Assembly: GCA_035084275.1 (NCBI GenBank)
Contig: CM068748.1
Location: forward strand, 19,406,001 to 19,470,000
Direction of reading: 5' to 3'
DNA length: 64,000 nt
Source: Hydrolagus colliei
Lineage: Eukaryota
Shown here: in pieces, positions 27,501 to 41,400 of the stretch
Layout of the letters: every line of letters starts with the position of its first letter
Numbering within the stretch: the first letter of the stretch is position 1
Notes under the pieces: model-generated
What the model was told of the DNA's origin: nothing
The model's input: only the letters and a program-made list of their open reading frames with translations
Database searches by the model: none
Position numbers and translations under genes: made by a program

Positions 27501-28614
27501 GGCCTCCCTCCAGGGAGAGAGTGCATATTCCATTCCAACAATTTAGCTCTGGAATCTCCACGTGTAGGTGGGCTGCATGGAAATCTTAAGTTTGGTCTGG
27601 ATTCTATGAAGCATGGTGATGGGTTTCCGCGTGTGTCAAGACTCCCAGCTGACCAAACGTAACTACACCATAAAACACTAATCTGGAACAATGCAGACAC
27701 TAACCTGACAGTAGACTTGCTTTATTACTGCCCCCTCCACCTTTCTCCTCCTTCCCAAAGATCAGGCTGACCTGGCATCATTAGAAATTGCATGTACACT
27801 TAATGTCGATTGCACAGCAGAAATTCTTTAACCTGAAACTTTGGCTTCGAGTGAATGGGAAGAACATCTGTCAGCTTGTAACAGCAAACAAGTAAAACAG
27901 CTCCAACAAAGCCACCTAGGGCACATTGGAAGGACTTGACAGGTAGGTGTAATGTTAAACCGAGATTCCCCATTAAACGATTCCGTAACACCAATGGAAA
28001 AGAGAAGGGAGTTTCTCCTGGTGTCTTGGCCAACGCTTCCTATGCAGGAAGTCACAGCCTTCACAAAGTGATGTCTTTCATTGGTGGTTCCTGAGCAATG
28101 TGTGACATGAGTGGTGACCTGCCAACATGGACGTGGGTCATTATTTCATGCTTTCTGTTAATGTGTTGCGTTTTCGCCCACAAATGTACAGTCAATTCAT
28201 TTTACAGTCAATTCATTCTACGGAGTATCTTCTGAAGCACTTTGAGATGTCTCAACAGCGTGATAAGGCACTAAATCAAACTCAAGGATTATTATTGTTT
28301 GTTATTATTAATGTGGGAAGGAATGAGCCCAACTTCAACAAAAAGGCATCAAAACTTTAATAAATGTACATTCTGCAGGTTGGAAGCTGTTGGAAGCTCA
28401 AGTTCCGCTATAACACTACAGGGGAAAAAGTGTTCGTCTAGTCTCCCTGCTGCACTCAGGCAAAGAATTGAGTTTAACTTCACCCATTCCTTTTATTGCT
28501 TTCAGTTCCAATTTGACAAGTGATGCCTGCATCAGACCAGGTTTGCCCCCTACCGGTCAAATGTAACAATACACGGAGGGTGTAGGTTTGTTCCCTCCAA
28601 CATATGAATCTGAC

Positions 28615-29000
28615 TCAATAATCTTTACACTTGCCTTGCAGATTGGAAGAACGTCTCAAAGTGCTTCACTGAATTTACTGTTAAATGCAGTGACTGTATT
28701 TTGTAGGCTAACATGCCAGTGGAATTTGTGCGCTACAAAGTGATAGAGTAATTTTATTTGTTGACTAGGACACTGAGAGAAATTCCAATCTCTTATGAAT
28801 AGTGCTATGGGATCTTTAACATCTACCTGAACAGCTGGATGGGACCTTGGTTTAATGTCTCATCCAAAGGATGACTCAACAATGTATTGCTGCCCCACAT
28901 TCTGGCACTGGAGTGTTAGCCTAGACTATATAGGTTCAAAGTCCTGATGTTGGCCGAGGAACCCACAGCCTTCTGACTCGGAGGTGAGAATGGCTCTGCT
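28615..29000 (-). mobile_element. Deu-domain SINE
   Basis: atgggatctttaacatctacctgaacag...gtttaatgtctcatccaaagga; head ccttctgactcggagg. Confidence 0.8.
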
Positions 29001-29267
29001 CACCACACATCATATGATGTGTGCATCACTCTGCTTCTACACTGACCAATAGTCCACCCATCACACAGGCTCAAGTAAAGACCACAGTGCGCAATATGAT
29101 GAGTGCTTAACATTTGATGTCACACAAAGCATAACATCTCATCTCTCCTTAGCAGTAAGCATTCAGGGACCAATTTGAAAGGGTCAAACAATAATACGCT
29201 ATGTCACGCCGTCTCCCACATGGCACTTGGCAGATTTCATTGATGGGGCTCGCTTGTCAGGACTTAC

Positions 29268-29408
29268 CTGTCGGTAAGTGCAGATGATGATTTCGCGGAG
29301 ATGGTAATGCAGGGGGGTCATTGTTTCGCTCACTGAGTCCAGGGCCATGTCAACCTCCTTCTTTATTCGATGTCCATCAGGTAGCAATCGGACCAGCTCC
29401 ATCACAAC
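29268..29408 (-). CDS. PALD1: PALD1 coding exon 17 ([47 protein letters not shown])
   Basis: ccgcag| ... CAG|gtaagt, 141 nt. Confidence 0.96.
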
Positions 29409-32400
29409 CTGCGGATAACAGGGTTCCTGACGTCAACAAGGACATTCTGCACTGTTTAAGTAACAAACAATAATCCTTACATTCGATATAGCTCCTTATC
29501 ACATCATTGGGACTGCTGAAAGATCTCCACAGGACGTGCTGTAAAGTGGTTTGACTGGGCATTGTGTGAATAGAACACGGCAGCCAGTTACAGACAGCAG
29601 TGTCTCACAAACAGCCATGGAGTGAGTGATGGCTTCTCCGACAATGTTGCATACCCCCACTGCTACACTGAAGCGTCAGCTTAGGCTACATAACTCCAAG
29701 TCCTGACTCGGGCTTGAATTTACAACCTTATGACTCAAGAGGCAAGAGCACAAGCACTGCACCAGGATGACACAAGCCTTGCTAAGAGTACATGCATTGA
29801 ATAACAACAAGTTGCCTCCATACAGCACCTCAAATTTTCCACTGCTCTCTTTAACCCCAGTGGAGTCCTCCAAATTCCAAGCCTCAGATTGTGAATTAAC
29901 TTAAAAGGAAAGGACTGGGAATGCTGTCTTTTCCCTCTTCTGGAAAGCCAATGTCACATCCTTCTGCTAAGATTACAATGTACCAGCAGTGACTAGCACA
30001 GAGCTGTGTGTTTGCAAGAATGGCGTAAAGTAATGACCACCATAGAAAACTGGACTCTGGAAGAAGGGTCAGATCAGAGTCCCAACAGGTCAGAGTGATG
30101 TACATCTGAAGGGTTTCTGAAAGGAGTACTCATTGAATAGATCACACAAGTAATACCATAAATTGTAGACACTCTCTGTATCCTAACGAGTCCCACAAGA
30201 AAATATGGCCAGCAAAAGCGCTAATGTTAAGCATTATTTTGTGAAGCGCTTTGAGACGTCTCAAAGACATGATAGAGGCTACATCAAATGCAAGGATTAT
30301 TATATTTATTATAATGAAAGTCCCCTGTTAAGGCAGCAAATTCCCCATCAGAGGAACATGTGGTGATCGCGAGGCCATCTGATATTGCACGGTATGGACT
30401 CAAAATAACTGAGCATGGCTAGGCGTCTCACCCAATGTGGTCACATCGCTCCCATTTCAAACACAGCACATTCACGGTACAAGACAAACTGATGTTTGCT
30501 GAGTGAACTCTATCCATACTGATTCTGTCACTTTTAAAGAACCCTCTATATGTCCTCTTCCTCTCACTCCCTACCCCCTTCCAGCCCCCACCCGCTCGCT
30601 CTCCCAGCCAGGCACAGAAATTCTGCAGCAATACAAATAACCAGGGAGACCCTGAATTCAGTGACCAGACAGTCACTCAAAGTCACTTGTGTGTCAACGG
30701 CAGTACTGTAGCTCAGTGGTTAGAACACTCGCATTACAAGCATAAGACCTGTGTTCGAATCCAGGCAGGTCCGGGCGAAACCCTGGGCAAATTTCTTTAC
30801 TCCATACGCCTAATAATAATCCGTCCCAAAAGAACCACATTAATAAAATTGGTCATTTCAATCCACAACTATTCATGGGACACTGCTGTGTGCAATTGGC
30901 TACCACATTTCGCCCACAAATATACAGTCAATTCACGTTCCAATATATTCTTTGAAGCGCTTTGAGACATCGATAAGATTGAAAAGTGCAATATCAAATG
31001 CAAGGATTATTATTATTTTTACTGAGAAGGGGATGGATTAATTGCCCACACCGCATGCTGGCACTCCGTATGAAAGCTTTACGTACCTCGAACTCCCCCT
31101 TTGTGTACTTGGCATCAGGCACGCTCACCAGCTCGTCCTCACAGACCTCAGGAATACCCTGGAATAGAGAGAAGCAAGAAAAGTGTAGGTGGTATGGTCA
31201 CGGTGCAAGGCTTACACAGCTCTGAGGCTCATATCGCGATGAGAACTGATGGTTGTCAATAGCTCACTGAGTACAACAGCTCAATCTACGACTGTTTGTG
31301 GGACACTGCTGTGCACAACTGGCTGCCGCGTTTCGCCCACGAAATATACAGTCAATTCACTTTGCAGTATATTCCCTGAAGTTCTTTGGAGGCTCTCAGC
31401 AACTGGACACTGAGGAGCTGAAACAAGCTGTCAGAGATTCATTTCTCCTTGTCACTCCATCATGTTACAGAAGATGTCACATCGAACTTGCCGGTGGATC
31501 ATTATCTGCCATGAAAACAATTGGGCACTCGCACCCACAGAGATCTTCTGGACGCCTCAATACAGTTAAACACTTCTAAATACAAATATCATCATTCTTT
31601 CACATTTTTCAGTTGTTGGTTTGGTCAGTCCAGTGCTGGGTGGTGGGTGAAGAAAAAAAATAGAGGTAACAGGACTTTTGTGGATATAATCTCCACGCGT
31701 GTGTTTAATGTAAATACGCACACAAGTCTGTTATAAATACACACAAGCATATGCCTTTCTCTCTCCCTCTCTTTATCCTTGCAAGAATCTCTGCTCTCTT
31801 TCTCTCTCTCATCATCAATATCATAGCAAATCAGTTAATCTATGCAAACACCATAAATATCGCATTAAAACCCTTCTGTCTAAAGCAGAAGGAATGTACT
31901 CACGTGGAAATGCCAGAGAAAAAGCACCGATATCACCATAGCTGTCGTGGTCCTTTCTTTTCCGCTGTGACAATTAAACACAAACGCAGAACGAGAATCT
32001 TCAGCCAAAATACTCTTCATGGCTTTCATCAGCTTATCAAAGTCCTGGAGGGGAGGAGGCAGGGAAGTGGGAGGGGGGAATAGGGGGCAAGAGACAGAGA
32101 GAAATAACAAGGACTTCAGACATAAGGGTGACTTTCACAATTAGCGCATTGATTTGATACTGTCTGTGAGACATTGGCAACTGGCTGCCGCATTTCACCC
32201 ACAAAAGTAAAGCCACTCCACTTCACTCCTGCAAAGTGTCTTAGAAACTCTCAGTGATGTGATATGGTGCTGCATCACACGCAACGATCATCATTATGAT
32301 TGTAACCAAATAAGCAGGTTTCAAATGTTGCACTTGTGTTGTTTGTAGTACCGCAAAGCACCACAGGAGGACACTGTTGCGTGATGGGCTCTGTGTGCCA

Positions 32401-35400
32401 TGTCAATCTCAGCCAAGATTTCAGAGTGGAATGAACAGTGGAGCTGGAACATCAAGTCTTCCATATACTGGGGGTGAATGTTCTAACCAGCCAGACTGTG
32501 GTAAGTCACCGCAAATTAATTGAACACAGAATAGGGAGGAGCATCTGAACCACAGCCCATGGTTCCCAAGCTGACGATGAGCCGTCGACACTCTGCAGTC
32601 TCGCTTGCTGCTCCAGCAAAGTCAACCCCAGAGACAACAAGTCTCATGGACAATTACAGGGTTCAGTAACGATACAACAAACCAACCTGTTGGCGCAGGG
32701 GATTAGAGCCTATGCTACCAAGAGGGGCAAGGGCACCGCTGGAGCACTACATTAACTTGCACTTGTCTTGCAAGCTGGGGAGACCTGTGTTCGAATCCAG
32801 GCAGGTCAGGGCGAAACCTCGGGCAAGTTTCCTTACTCCACACGCCTAATAATAACCCCTCCAAAAAAAACCACAATAATAAAATTGGTCACTTCAATCC
32901 ACGACTGTGTGCTGGGACACCGCTGTGCGCAATTGGCTGCCGCGATTCGCCCACAAATATATACAGTCAATTCACTTTACAGTATATTCTGCGAAGAGCT
33001 TTTGGGACATTGATAAGTTGTGGAAAGGGCGATATCAAATGCAAGGTTTATTATTATTATTATACAAGCCAGTAACTCTGTGATATCCTACGGACTCATT
33101 CCCTCGCTTTCTCCCTCCGCTCTACAATCTCAGGCCTGCTTTACCATCCCTTTCACCACCTTAATCCTGTCTCTGTCAAACATTTGAGGGGATCTACAGG
33201 AAAGTGTTTGTTGATTCCGCATATGTCGGGACACTTTTCTGAACCACCCTCCAACCCCCCAAAAAAAAAATTCCATAGAGGGTCACAAAAGCTTCTTCTG
33301 CTTCCATCTCTTACCTGTTCCCTAGGAGAACAGCAGTCAAAGATGGGAATGCGCCTGTAGAGCAGGCCCTGGTGTGAGCTCTTGTGCTGGTTGAACATCT
33401 CCTGCATGGTAAGGCAGTTTTTGAACAGTTTCATCTTTTTCTCCTGGTCCATGCAAACTTCAAGCAATTTCTGTGAGTTCAGCATCTCTGTTTTAAGGTT
33501 AGATTCTAGTTTCTTTCAGAGAGGAAATAAATACGTGTTATCTACAATGTACGCACAGATCACCAGATGCAAATATTTATTGTTTATACTAATATTATGT
33601 ACACACACGCGCGCGCGCGCGCACACAGATGACACCATGCAAATGCAAGGGTTATTAATAGATCACAAGAGGTTTAGATAAGGAAAACTCTCAGCCCCAT
33701 TTAATCCTATCCTAAAGTCCATCCATCATAGGATAATAACCCTTGCATTTGATATAGCGACTTAGCACATAATTGAGACGCCTCAAAGAGCTTCACAGCA
33801 TATACCATAAAGTGGATTGGCTGTGTATTTTGTGGGTGAAACGCAGCAGCCAGTTGGGGGTAGCAATGTCCTACGTCATCAAGTGAGTGACCAGCTTTTT
33901 ATTTGGGGGATTGTTGGCCCAGGACACTGGGTGAAATGCCCTTCTTTTTTTGAATAGTGTTCCTGAGATCTTTAACATCCACCTAAACTGGCAGATGGGA
34001 CCTCAGTTTCATCAAAAGGATGGCACAATGCAACACCCCCCCAGCCCTGCATTGGGAGTGTCTGCTTACACTATGTGATTGCAAGTAGAAATGAGCCCAG
34101 CGTCCTGTCCTAAACCATTCCGTTGCAATCAATAATTATGCTCTGGCTCAAGAAATACTTCCATGGCATCTGCCCAGAAATGCCAGCATAATTCGGTGAA
34201 GCACTTTGAGACATCTGGACAACATAAGGTGCTCTATCGATAGAGCCACATAAGGCTATAACAGTGGAGCCTAAATATGAGGTAGCCACCAGCACATCTA
34301 AAAGAGAGTCTTTATGTAGAGTTCTTTATGTAGAGGGTGGAGAGAATGTGAAACTCGCTGCCGGAAGCTGTGGTTGAAGCAGAACATGAAACATGCACAT
34401 GAGGGAGAAAAAGAACAAAGGGATATAGGGGGAGCGGCGAAATCTAAACACTGGCACTGACTTATTGGGCCAAATTGCCGGTTCCCATGCTGTAACAAAT
34501 CTATATAACAGTCTGCAGGCAGGTGATTAGGGTCATGTGAAGTGACTGTGTTTTGGAGGGAACCAGTTGGAATCCCAGAAGGGAATGGGATGTCAATGAG
34601 TCCCTCCATGAGTTGCACTCACCTCCAGTTGCTCTGGTAGTTCTGTTGGCACGTTGATGGGCTGCTCCGAGTTGACGGGTTCCCGTAGGGTGTAGACTTG
34701 GCCATTGCCTTCCAGCACCACCTCATCCCGCAGGTTAACCCATAAAACGCTGGAGTGTTTCCTCTTCTCATCCGTCAGGTACGTCAGGACAGACCCACAG
34801 GCCTACAAAGAACCATCATGAAAAATGCAGCCGTCAGCGTTCCATTACGACTTAATGGTTGCAATGATTTAACGATTGTGCAATGAAACATGCCCACACT
34901 CAACAAGAACTGGATAAACTCTTCCACATAGAATCCTTATACAGTGTCACCCTAAGAACCTGATTTTCATTGCAAGTTAAATTTTAACTTTAGAACTGTA
35001 AGGAGTCTCACACTTCAGCAGCCAGGCCCGCAGCAGGAGTCCTGTAACTCAGTGGCTGGAGGCCTGGATTCGATTCCAGGCACGGAGATACCTTGGGAAA
35101 GTTTCCTTACTCCGCATGCCAAATAATAATCCCTCAAAAAAAAATTGGGGGCACTGAATCCACGACTGTTTGTGGGACACTGCTATGCAATTGGTTGCCG
35201 CGTTCCACCCACAAATATAGTCAATTCACTTTACAGTATATTCTGTGAAGTGCTTTGAGATGTTTAGAAGACGTGAATGCAAGCATTATTATTATTATTA
35301 TTATTTCAGCCCAGCTCAGAAGGTTGTGGGTTTAAGATCCATGTACATACTTTGAGCTCATTTCTAGTTCAGTCCTCGACAATCCAGAGCAATAATGCAC

Positions 35401-38400
35401 GAACACTGTGCTCAGCTGTGCCAGACATTCTAAATCCAGTTCTGTGGCTTTTATAATCGTAGCATGCAATGTATTGTTCCAATGTGCCGTCCTTCGGATG
35501 AGACATTAAGCTGAGGTCCCTTCTGCCAGTTAAAGTGGACACTAAAAATCCCGGGGGGGTTTTCGAAAAGAGAAGATTTTCTCTCAGTACCCTGGCCAAG
35601 ACTCCCCCAGACTTAAAATAATGTCCGTTCACTTCATGGTATTTTGTGAAACTTGGCTGTGCATAAAATTGTCTGCCTCGTTCTCCTACCAATCCAGTCA
35701 TTACACTTTAGCGTACATTCTGTGAAATGGTGGAGACGTTTCGATGACGTGACAAGCTGCTAATGTACAGCAAAACCAAAGGGCACGGTTACCTCAGAAC
35801 TTGGCTGTGCCATCCCATAGATTGGCATCTTCGGAACCCGCCTGAAATTGGCGACTTTCATCTCTTTAACCGTGCTGAGCACATCAGGCGTGGAGCCCTC
35901 GTCTGCTACCTGCTCAGAGAGGACAGGAGAGTAAGAGGCGGATATGTTCATGAAAAATAAGAAGCCACATCATATCCATCCTTGCCATTGGTCAATCCAC
36001 CTTTAAAGTTTAATAACAAAGGCAAATTGATTCCTTTCATATTCGTCCCAAAGAGCTGGGTAGTCAGGGATTCACACCTGGGCTGGGCTGTTTGAGATCT
36101 GGAGGGGTGGGGAGCATGGAGGGTGGCGGGTAGGCAGGTAACTGAAGGTGCAATTGAAGAGAAAGGTGTTGAGATGGATCGTGAAGGAGGCAAGGGTGGA
36201 CGCAAGGCAAAGGGACTGTGGGAAGGAGTTTCAAAGGGTGGGGGAGGAACAAGCAAAAGAAGGAAGGCATCACAAGTGCAAATCAACTCCCAACTGAGCA
36301 ACCTTCAATTCAAAGAAGGTGGGCTTAAGGTTGTGAACCATGAGAGATTGTTGGTATGTGATCAGTCTCCCTAGCAGATATAAATATAAACCAATATAAA
36401 CCGTTTCTCACCTCAAGCTTCAAGTACAGAATGTTTCAGCAATTACCCCGCATCCCTACTACCCCACCCCTCCACTTTGGGGTGGTCCTCAAGCCTCGGC
36501 TGGGTTTTACACTATTCAGGATTAGATGAGCTAAAGAGATATTTAATCTGAATTGGCAGACCTTATATAAGGTTGGTTTGGATACTCTTAATTGTGGAAA
36601 CGAGGGAGGAGGTGACCTGAAGCACAATCAAAGAGGAAGGTCTTCAGTCGTGATATAAAAGAGGGGATGGAGGGGCAAGGGAGAGGGATTGGGTGAAGAG
36701 AGTTCCACAACGTAGGGGTGTAGTGGTTGAAAGCATGGCTGGTGATGGTGGAGTGAAGCCAAAGAAAGTCAAATAAGCAAAATATACAAGGCGCGATTCA
36801 TTCCAAGTTGGATGTGTTTTCTGTGTCAAGTTGCAACTCACCAACACTCTAATTCCTCTGGTCACCAGATCAGCTGAGGCTGTCAGCTCTGAGGTATTCA
36901 CACAAGCTAAGAGCCTGTATATCCAGGGGTGCCTGCAGATCCATCTACTGAAGTTAAGTGGGAAGGCCAGTGGGTACTGTAAGCCAACAAACACAGAGAG
37001 GTTTGGAGGATAAAGACACATTGGCCCATTATTAAAGTTAGGTACAATTAAGTTAACATTAATAAAGCTATCTATAATTAAATTAATAATAATATCCATT
37101 AATAGAGTCAATTCACTTTACAGTGTATTCTGTGGAGCTCTTTGAGACATCTCAATGGTGTGATAATGCGCTATACCAATGCCAGGATTATTCTTATTAT
37201 TTGATCTCATCTCACTCACCCATCCTCTCCTCTTATTAAAAGCACCTTGCTGTTTATTGAACAATTTCCAGACTCAACCACCCATCCTAGTAACCCTGTT
37301 CTGTTCCTCAATCACCCTCTGGGAAGTGGGACCAATTGGATAATAATAATAATAATCTTTACTCTTGATATTGCTCCTTATTACTTCATTGAGATGTCTC
37401 AAAGTGCTTCAAAAAATATCGTACAAGGGAATTGACTATGCAGTTTGTGAACAAAATGCGGCACTATATTGCGGACAGCAGCATCCCAAAACAGTGTTGG
37501 ATTGAGTGATCAAACTTTGATTAATTTTTTTTTAGCTCTGTCAAAGTGCAGGCGCAGGCACATTGGGCTATGAATAGCCTTCTTCTGTGCTGGAAGATTC
37601 TGTGATTTTCTATGACTGATCTGGGTTTACTTTCTCAATCCCACTTAAAAATCTTTTATATCTCCGCCAAGGTCTTCTCTGAGGCGCTGTGTTATCAAAG
37701 CACAAGTATGGGCAACAAGCACTGAGAGGGAAGAGGCTCACTTCAAATCAAACAACCACTTACTGAATCACAGAAACATTTTAACATCAAAAACAGGACT
37801 AAAAATAGCAGCCTGCACATCCCTAGCTAGTGGTTCAAGCTGAGTGCTTTAAAATAGCTTTTGCTGGAAGCTGATGAGCTTTGCCTCAGCTGTGTACCAG
37901 ACTTTCTAAATCCAGTTCTGTGGCTTTTATAATCATACCACACAATGGAAAACTTCACATCCGAGCGGCTTTATACCTCGCCCAAAAAGACAGAATTGTG
38001 TCTTGACTTTGATGGGTTTATTGTCAAAACACTGAGTCCCTGGAGAGACAGACTGCATTTGAGCAAATTCAAGTGGGAATGAGACAACTATGTCGGGGTG
38101 GCAAACATCTGATTGAAGGCTATGGGATAAGCCATGAAGACATCACTTTTGACGACTCGAATTGGTTCACGGTTGTTTGTGTGGCATGGCTGTGCGGAAA
38201 TTAGTCCACGTTCGCCTTCTAATTACACAGACTATACTTTATAGTAAGCGAAATGCAAAACGGTTTGACACGTTGACGATGCGATAAGGAGCTTATATCA
38301 AGTGCAAGGATTATTCTTACAAATACTAAAGGATTCTGACTCAACTTTGAGACCAGTCGGACTGAACGTGCAGAAGTATGAATGTGCTCTAATACCATGT

Positions 38401-41400
38401 TAATAATTGACGTGGCTTCGATAACAATAAAACGTCTCAACGCTTCACAGAAAAGTCAACTGTAGTGGCTGTTTCTGTAACGGATATGGGCAGCCACACA
38501 GCAACTTCCCACAAACAGCATTGAAGTGAATGCCGAATTCATCTGAAGGATCTATTTGCCAGAACACTGGTGAAAAGTCCCTTTTCCTTTCCAATAATAT
38601 CATTACACAGTTCCATTGCTCTTTCCTGGCAGCGATCGACTGGTTGGAGGTCCCTGGCCTGGACTATGAACTCAAACACCAGACCTGGGACTTAAACCCA
38701 CGAGGCTACCAAATGAGTCAAGTTAACACCACATAAAACACCCCCCCCAAGCAACACATCACATATTTGAGACACGACAGGGATGGCCACAGACAATTTA
38801 CTCAGGATGTACCTACCTGTTCGTGAAGATAGAAATTAAAAACGACAAGGTAAAAGTAGCGCTCTGTACTCTGCAGTAGTCTCTGGAGGAAGTATTCTTT
38901 GGTGCTGTTTCCCTAAACCCAGTGAGAAAAACTCAGATTAGATGCGTATCTGGGTAGCATGCTAGCCCCCGGCTGTTGAAGAAACATCCAAACACAGTAA
39001 GCAACTTAAAGGGACGGTGAGAGAACATTTCTTTACACAGAGCGTGGTCAGAATTCTCTGCCAGAAACCGCATTTGAGACGAAGTCTATAAATTTGTTCA
39101 AATGGGAGTTAACTAGGTACAGTATGTACTTGGAAAAGAGGGATAAAGGGCATTGTTTCAGGAGTAGGGATCAAAGCAAGTTGAATTTATTTAGCACCCC
39201 GGCACTGACAATATCATCTCAGAGACCTTTACATCGACGACAACAACAACCTGCATTTACGTTGCGCCCCTCATACAGCGTTTCAGAGCACTAGAAAATG
39301 GTGGAGCACAACACCAAACCATAGAGTGGAATGGCAGTTGGGGTGTCCAGCAGTTCGGTCGAAGAGAAAGGTCTTCTAGCGGGTCTGAAGATGAGTAAGA
39401 CGGATTGTAGGAGAGTGTTTCAGAGTTCCCAGGCGCAGTGCTGATGTGGAACAGATTGATTTTTTTAGATACAACGCTGAAGACTGAGTAGGGAGGAGAG
39501 GAATGTCCACAGTCACAGAAGATGATGTAGGCTTTTAGGAGTCTTCTGAAGACACAGAAATGGAGGCAATGGAGGAAGGAAGATATAGACGATAGGAGCT
39601 GAAAGGCTTGCCACACAGTGGGGAGGAGGGGCTATGCAGACGGCTCAGGTTTGCTGAGTTGAGGATGAGTGGAAGAGCAAGGCTGGAGACAAGTCACAGA
39701 GGTAGGGAGGAGTGAGAGTATGAAGCGATAAATCAAAGTTGTTGTTGATTTGTAGGTGAGAAACTTGGAAGTCAGTGGAGACAGTGGGGCATGGCAAGGA
39801 CTGAAGCCATATGCTCGTGAACTTTCTTGCGAGTAAGGACATGAATGTCCACTAAAATATCTACCCAATTACCCTCTTAAATAATTGATGGTCTCTGTGT
39901 CAATTATATTTTGTGGCAGAAAATTCCACATTCCAACCGCCCTTTGTTTCAAAACATTTTTTCCTCAAGTGCCGCTTTAAATTGTTCAGTAAATAACACA
40001 CACAACAACAAAACAACAAAATTACATTTATAGACCATCTTTCACATCGGAAAGCCATCCAAGGTGCTGGGAATGCAATCGCATCAAGCCTGATTGAACC
40101 CAAGGCCTGAGATTCCATCACATCTTAGCATGTGAGAACATTTTGACTTAATAATGTAAGATGGTACCCAGCTGTGCAATATCCGTAAACTCTGACTGAT
40201 TGCTCTTCAGATTATGATAGAGTTTAACAATTTCGAGTAGTTCAGTGCCATCTTGAATCTAAGACAAAATGGTCCAACAGGCTAGGACTCGGTGGAATTT
40301 TCAACCTTGAGGTAGGTGGACCAATCCCTTCCAGACTGACTGACCCTCCCTTCTTCCATGCAGCCCGGAACTTACCTGATCCTGAAAATCTTCCCCAATA
40401 CCATCCAGCTTCTGCTTACACTCGTAGATTGCCTCTTTAATGTTGTGCATTTCAGAGCAGAGGGCGATGGTGTTGTCTACCTGTAACAAAGCAACAGAGA
40501 AGTATAAAAAAAATTAGGTGGTGTTTGGGGGTGAACTCTCCAGCCTCCCGTGACCCTTTTCTCTTTATGAGGCGCAGACTTGCCCACGGTTTAATGTGTC
40601 ATCCGAAAGAAAGCGTCTCTTGCCAATGTAGTGCTTTCCAAGCCTGATGTAAGTCTTACAATAATAATATTCCTATAACCTTCCAAACCAGAGGAGAGAG
40701 TGCTACCAATTAAGTCAGGTTGATATCTGTATGATAAAGAGGAGTGCAGCAAGGCTGATCCACAAAATTCGTATTAATCACTTGTTCCCTACCAGTCCAA
40801 CCTCTGTGCAGCCATTGTGAAGGATATGTGTGGGGGTGTTGCCAGCGACTGTCAATGTGCTAAATATCACAAGGTACTAAATTAAATGCATGTGTTAATT
40901 AGCACATCACAACGTGGCCAAGCACATACATCTCCCATCTCTTGCCCCTCCTCAACCAAACCTGGTTGCTACAATGATGCCTCGATCTGACAGATTGACT
41001 GACCTCTTCCACAATCTGCTTTCCTTGCTTTGGCAAAGCTTTGATGAAGCTTTGGATAATCTGTAAGTGCTCCCGCTTGGTGGTGCTGGTGTTCCGCTCG
41101 ATTCTGCATAGAAAGAGGAAGAAGCTTTAATCAGAAACTGAACACTAATGTGTTCTAATATCTCTACAACATTGCATAGCCTACCCCCCACCTCTACCCA
41201 ACCACCACCACCATTACCACCATCACCCGACAGATTAACAACTTCCACAGAACTGTCTGCTCCCTCCTCCCACCCTCCTTGCTGTCCACCCTGCCTAATT
41301 CCAAACCCCAGCTCGGTTACAAATCCTTTACAGTTCCAGAGCACGGGGACATCTTCCCTGTATGAATTGCGCTATACAACTAGTTTATCGAATGAGCAAC

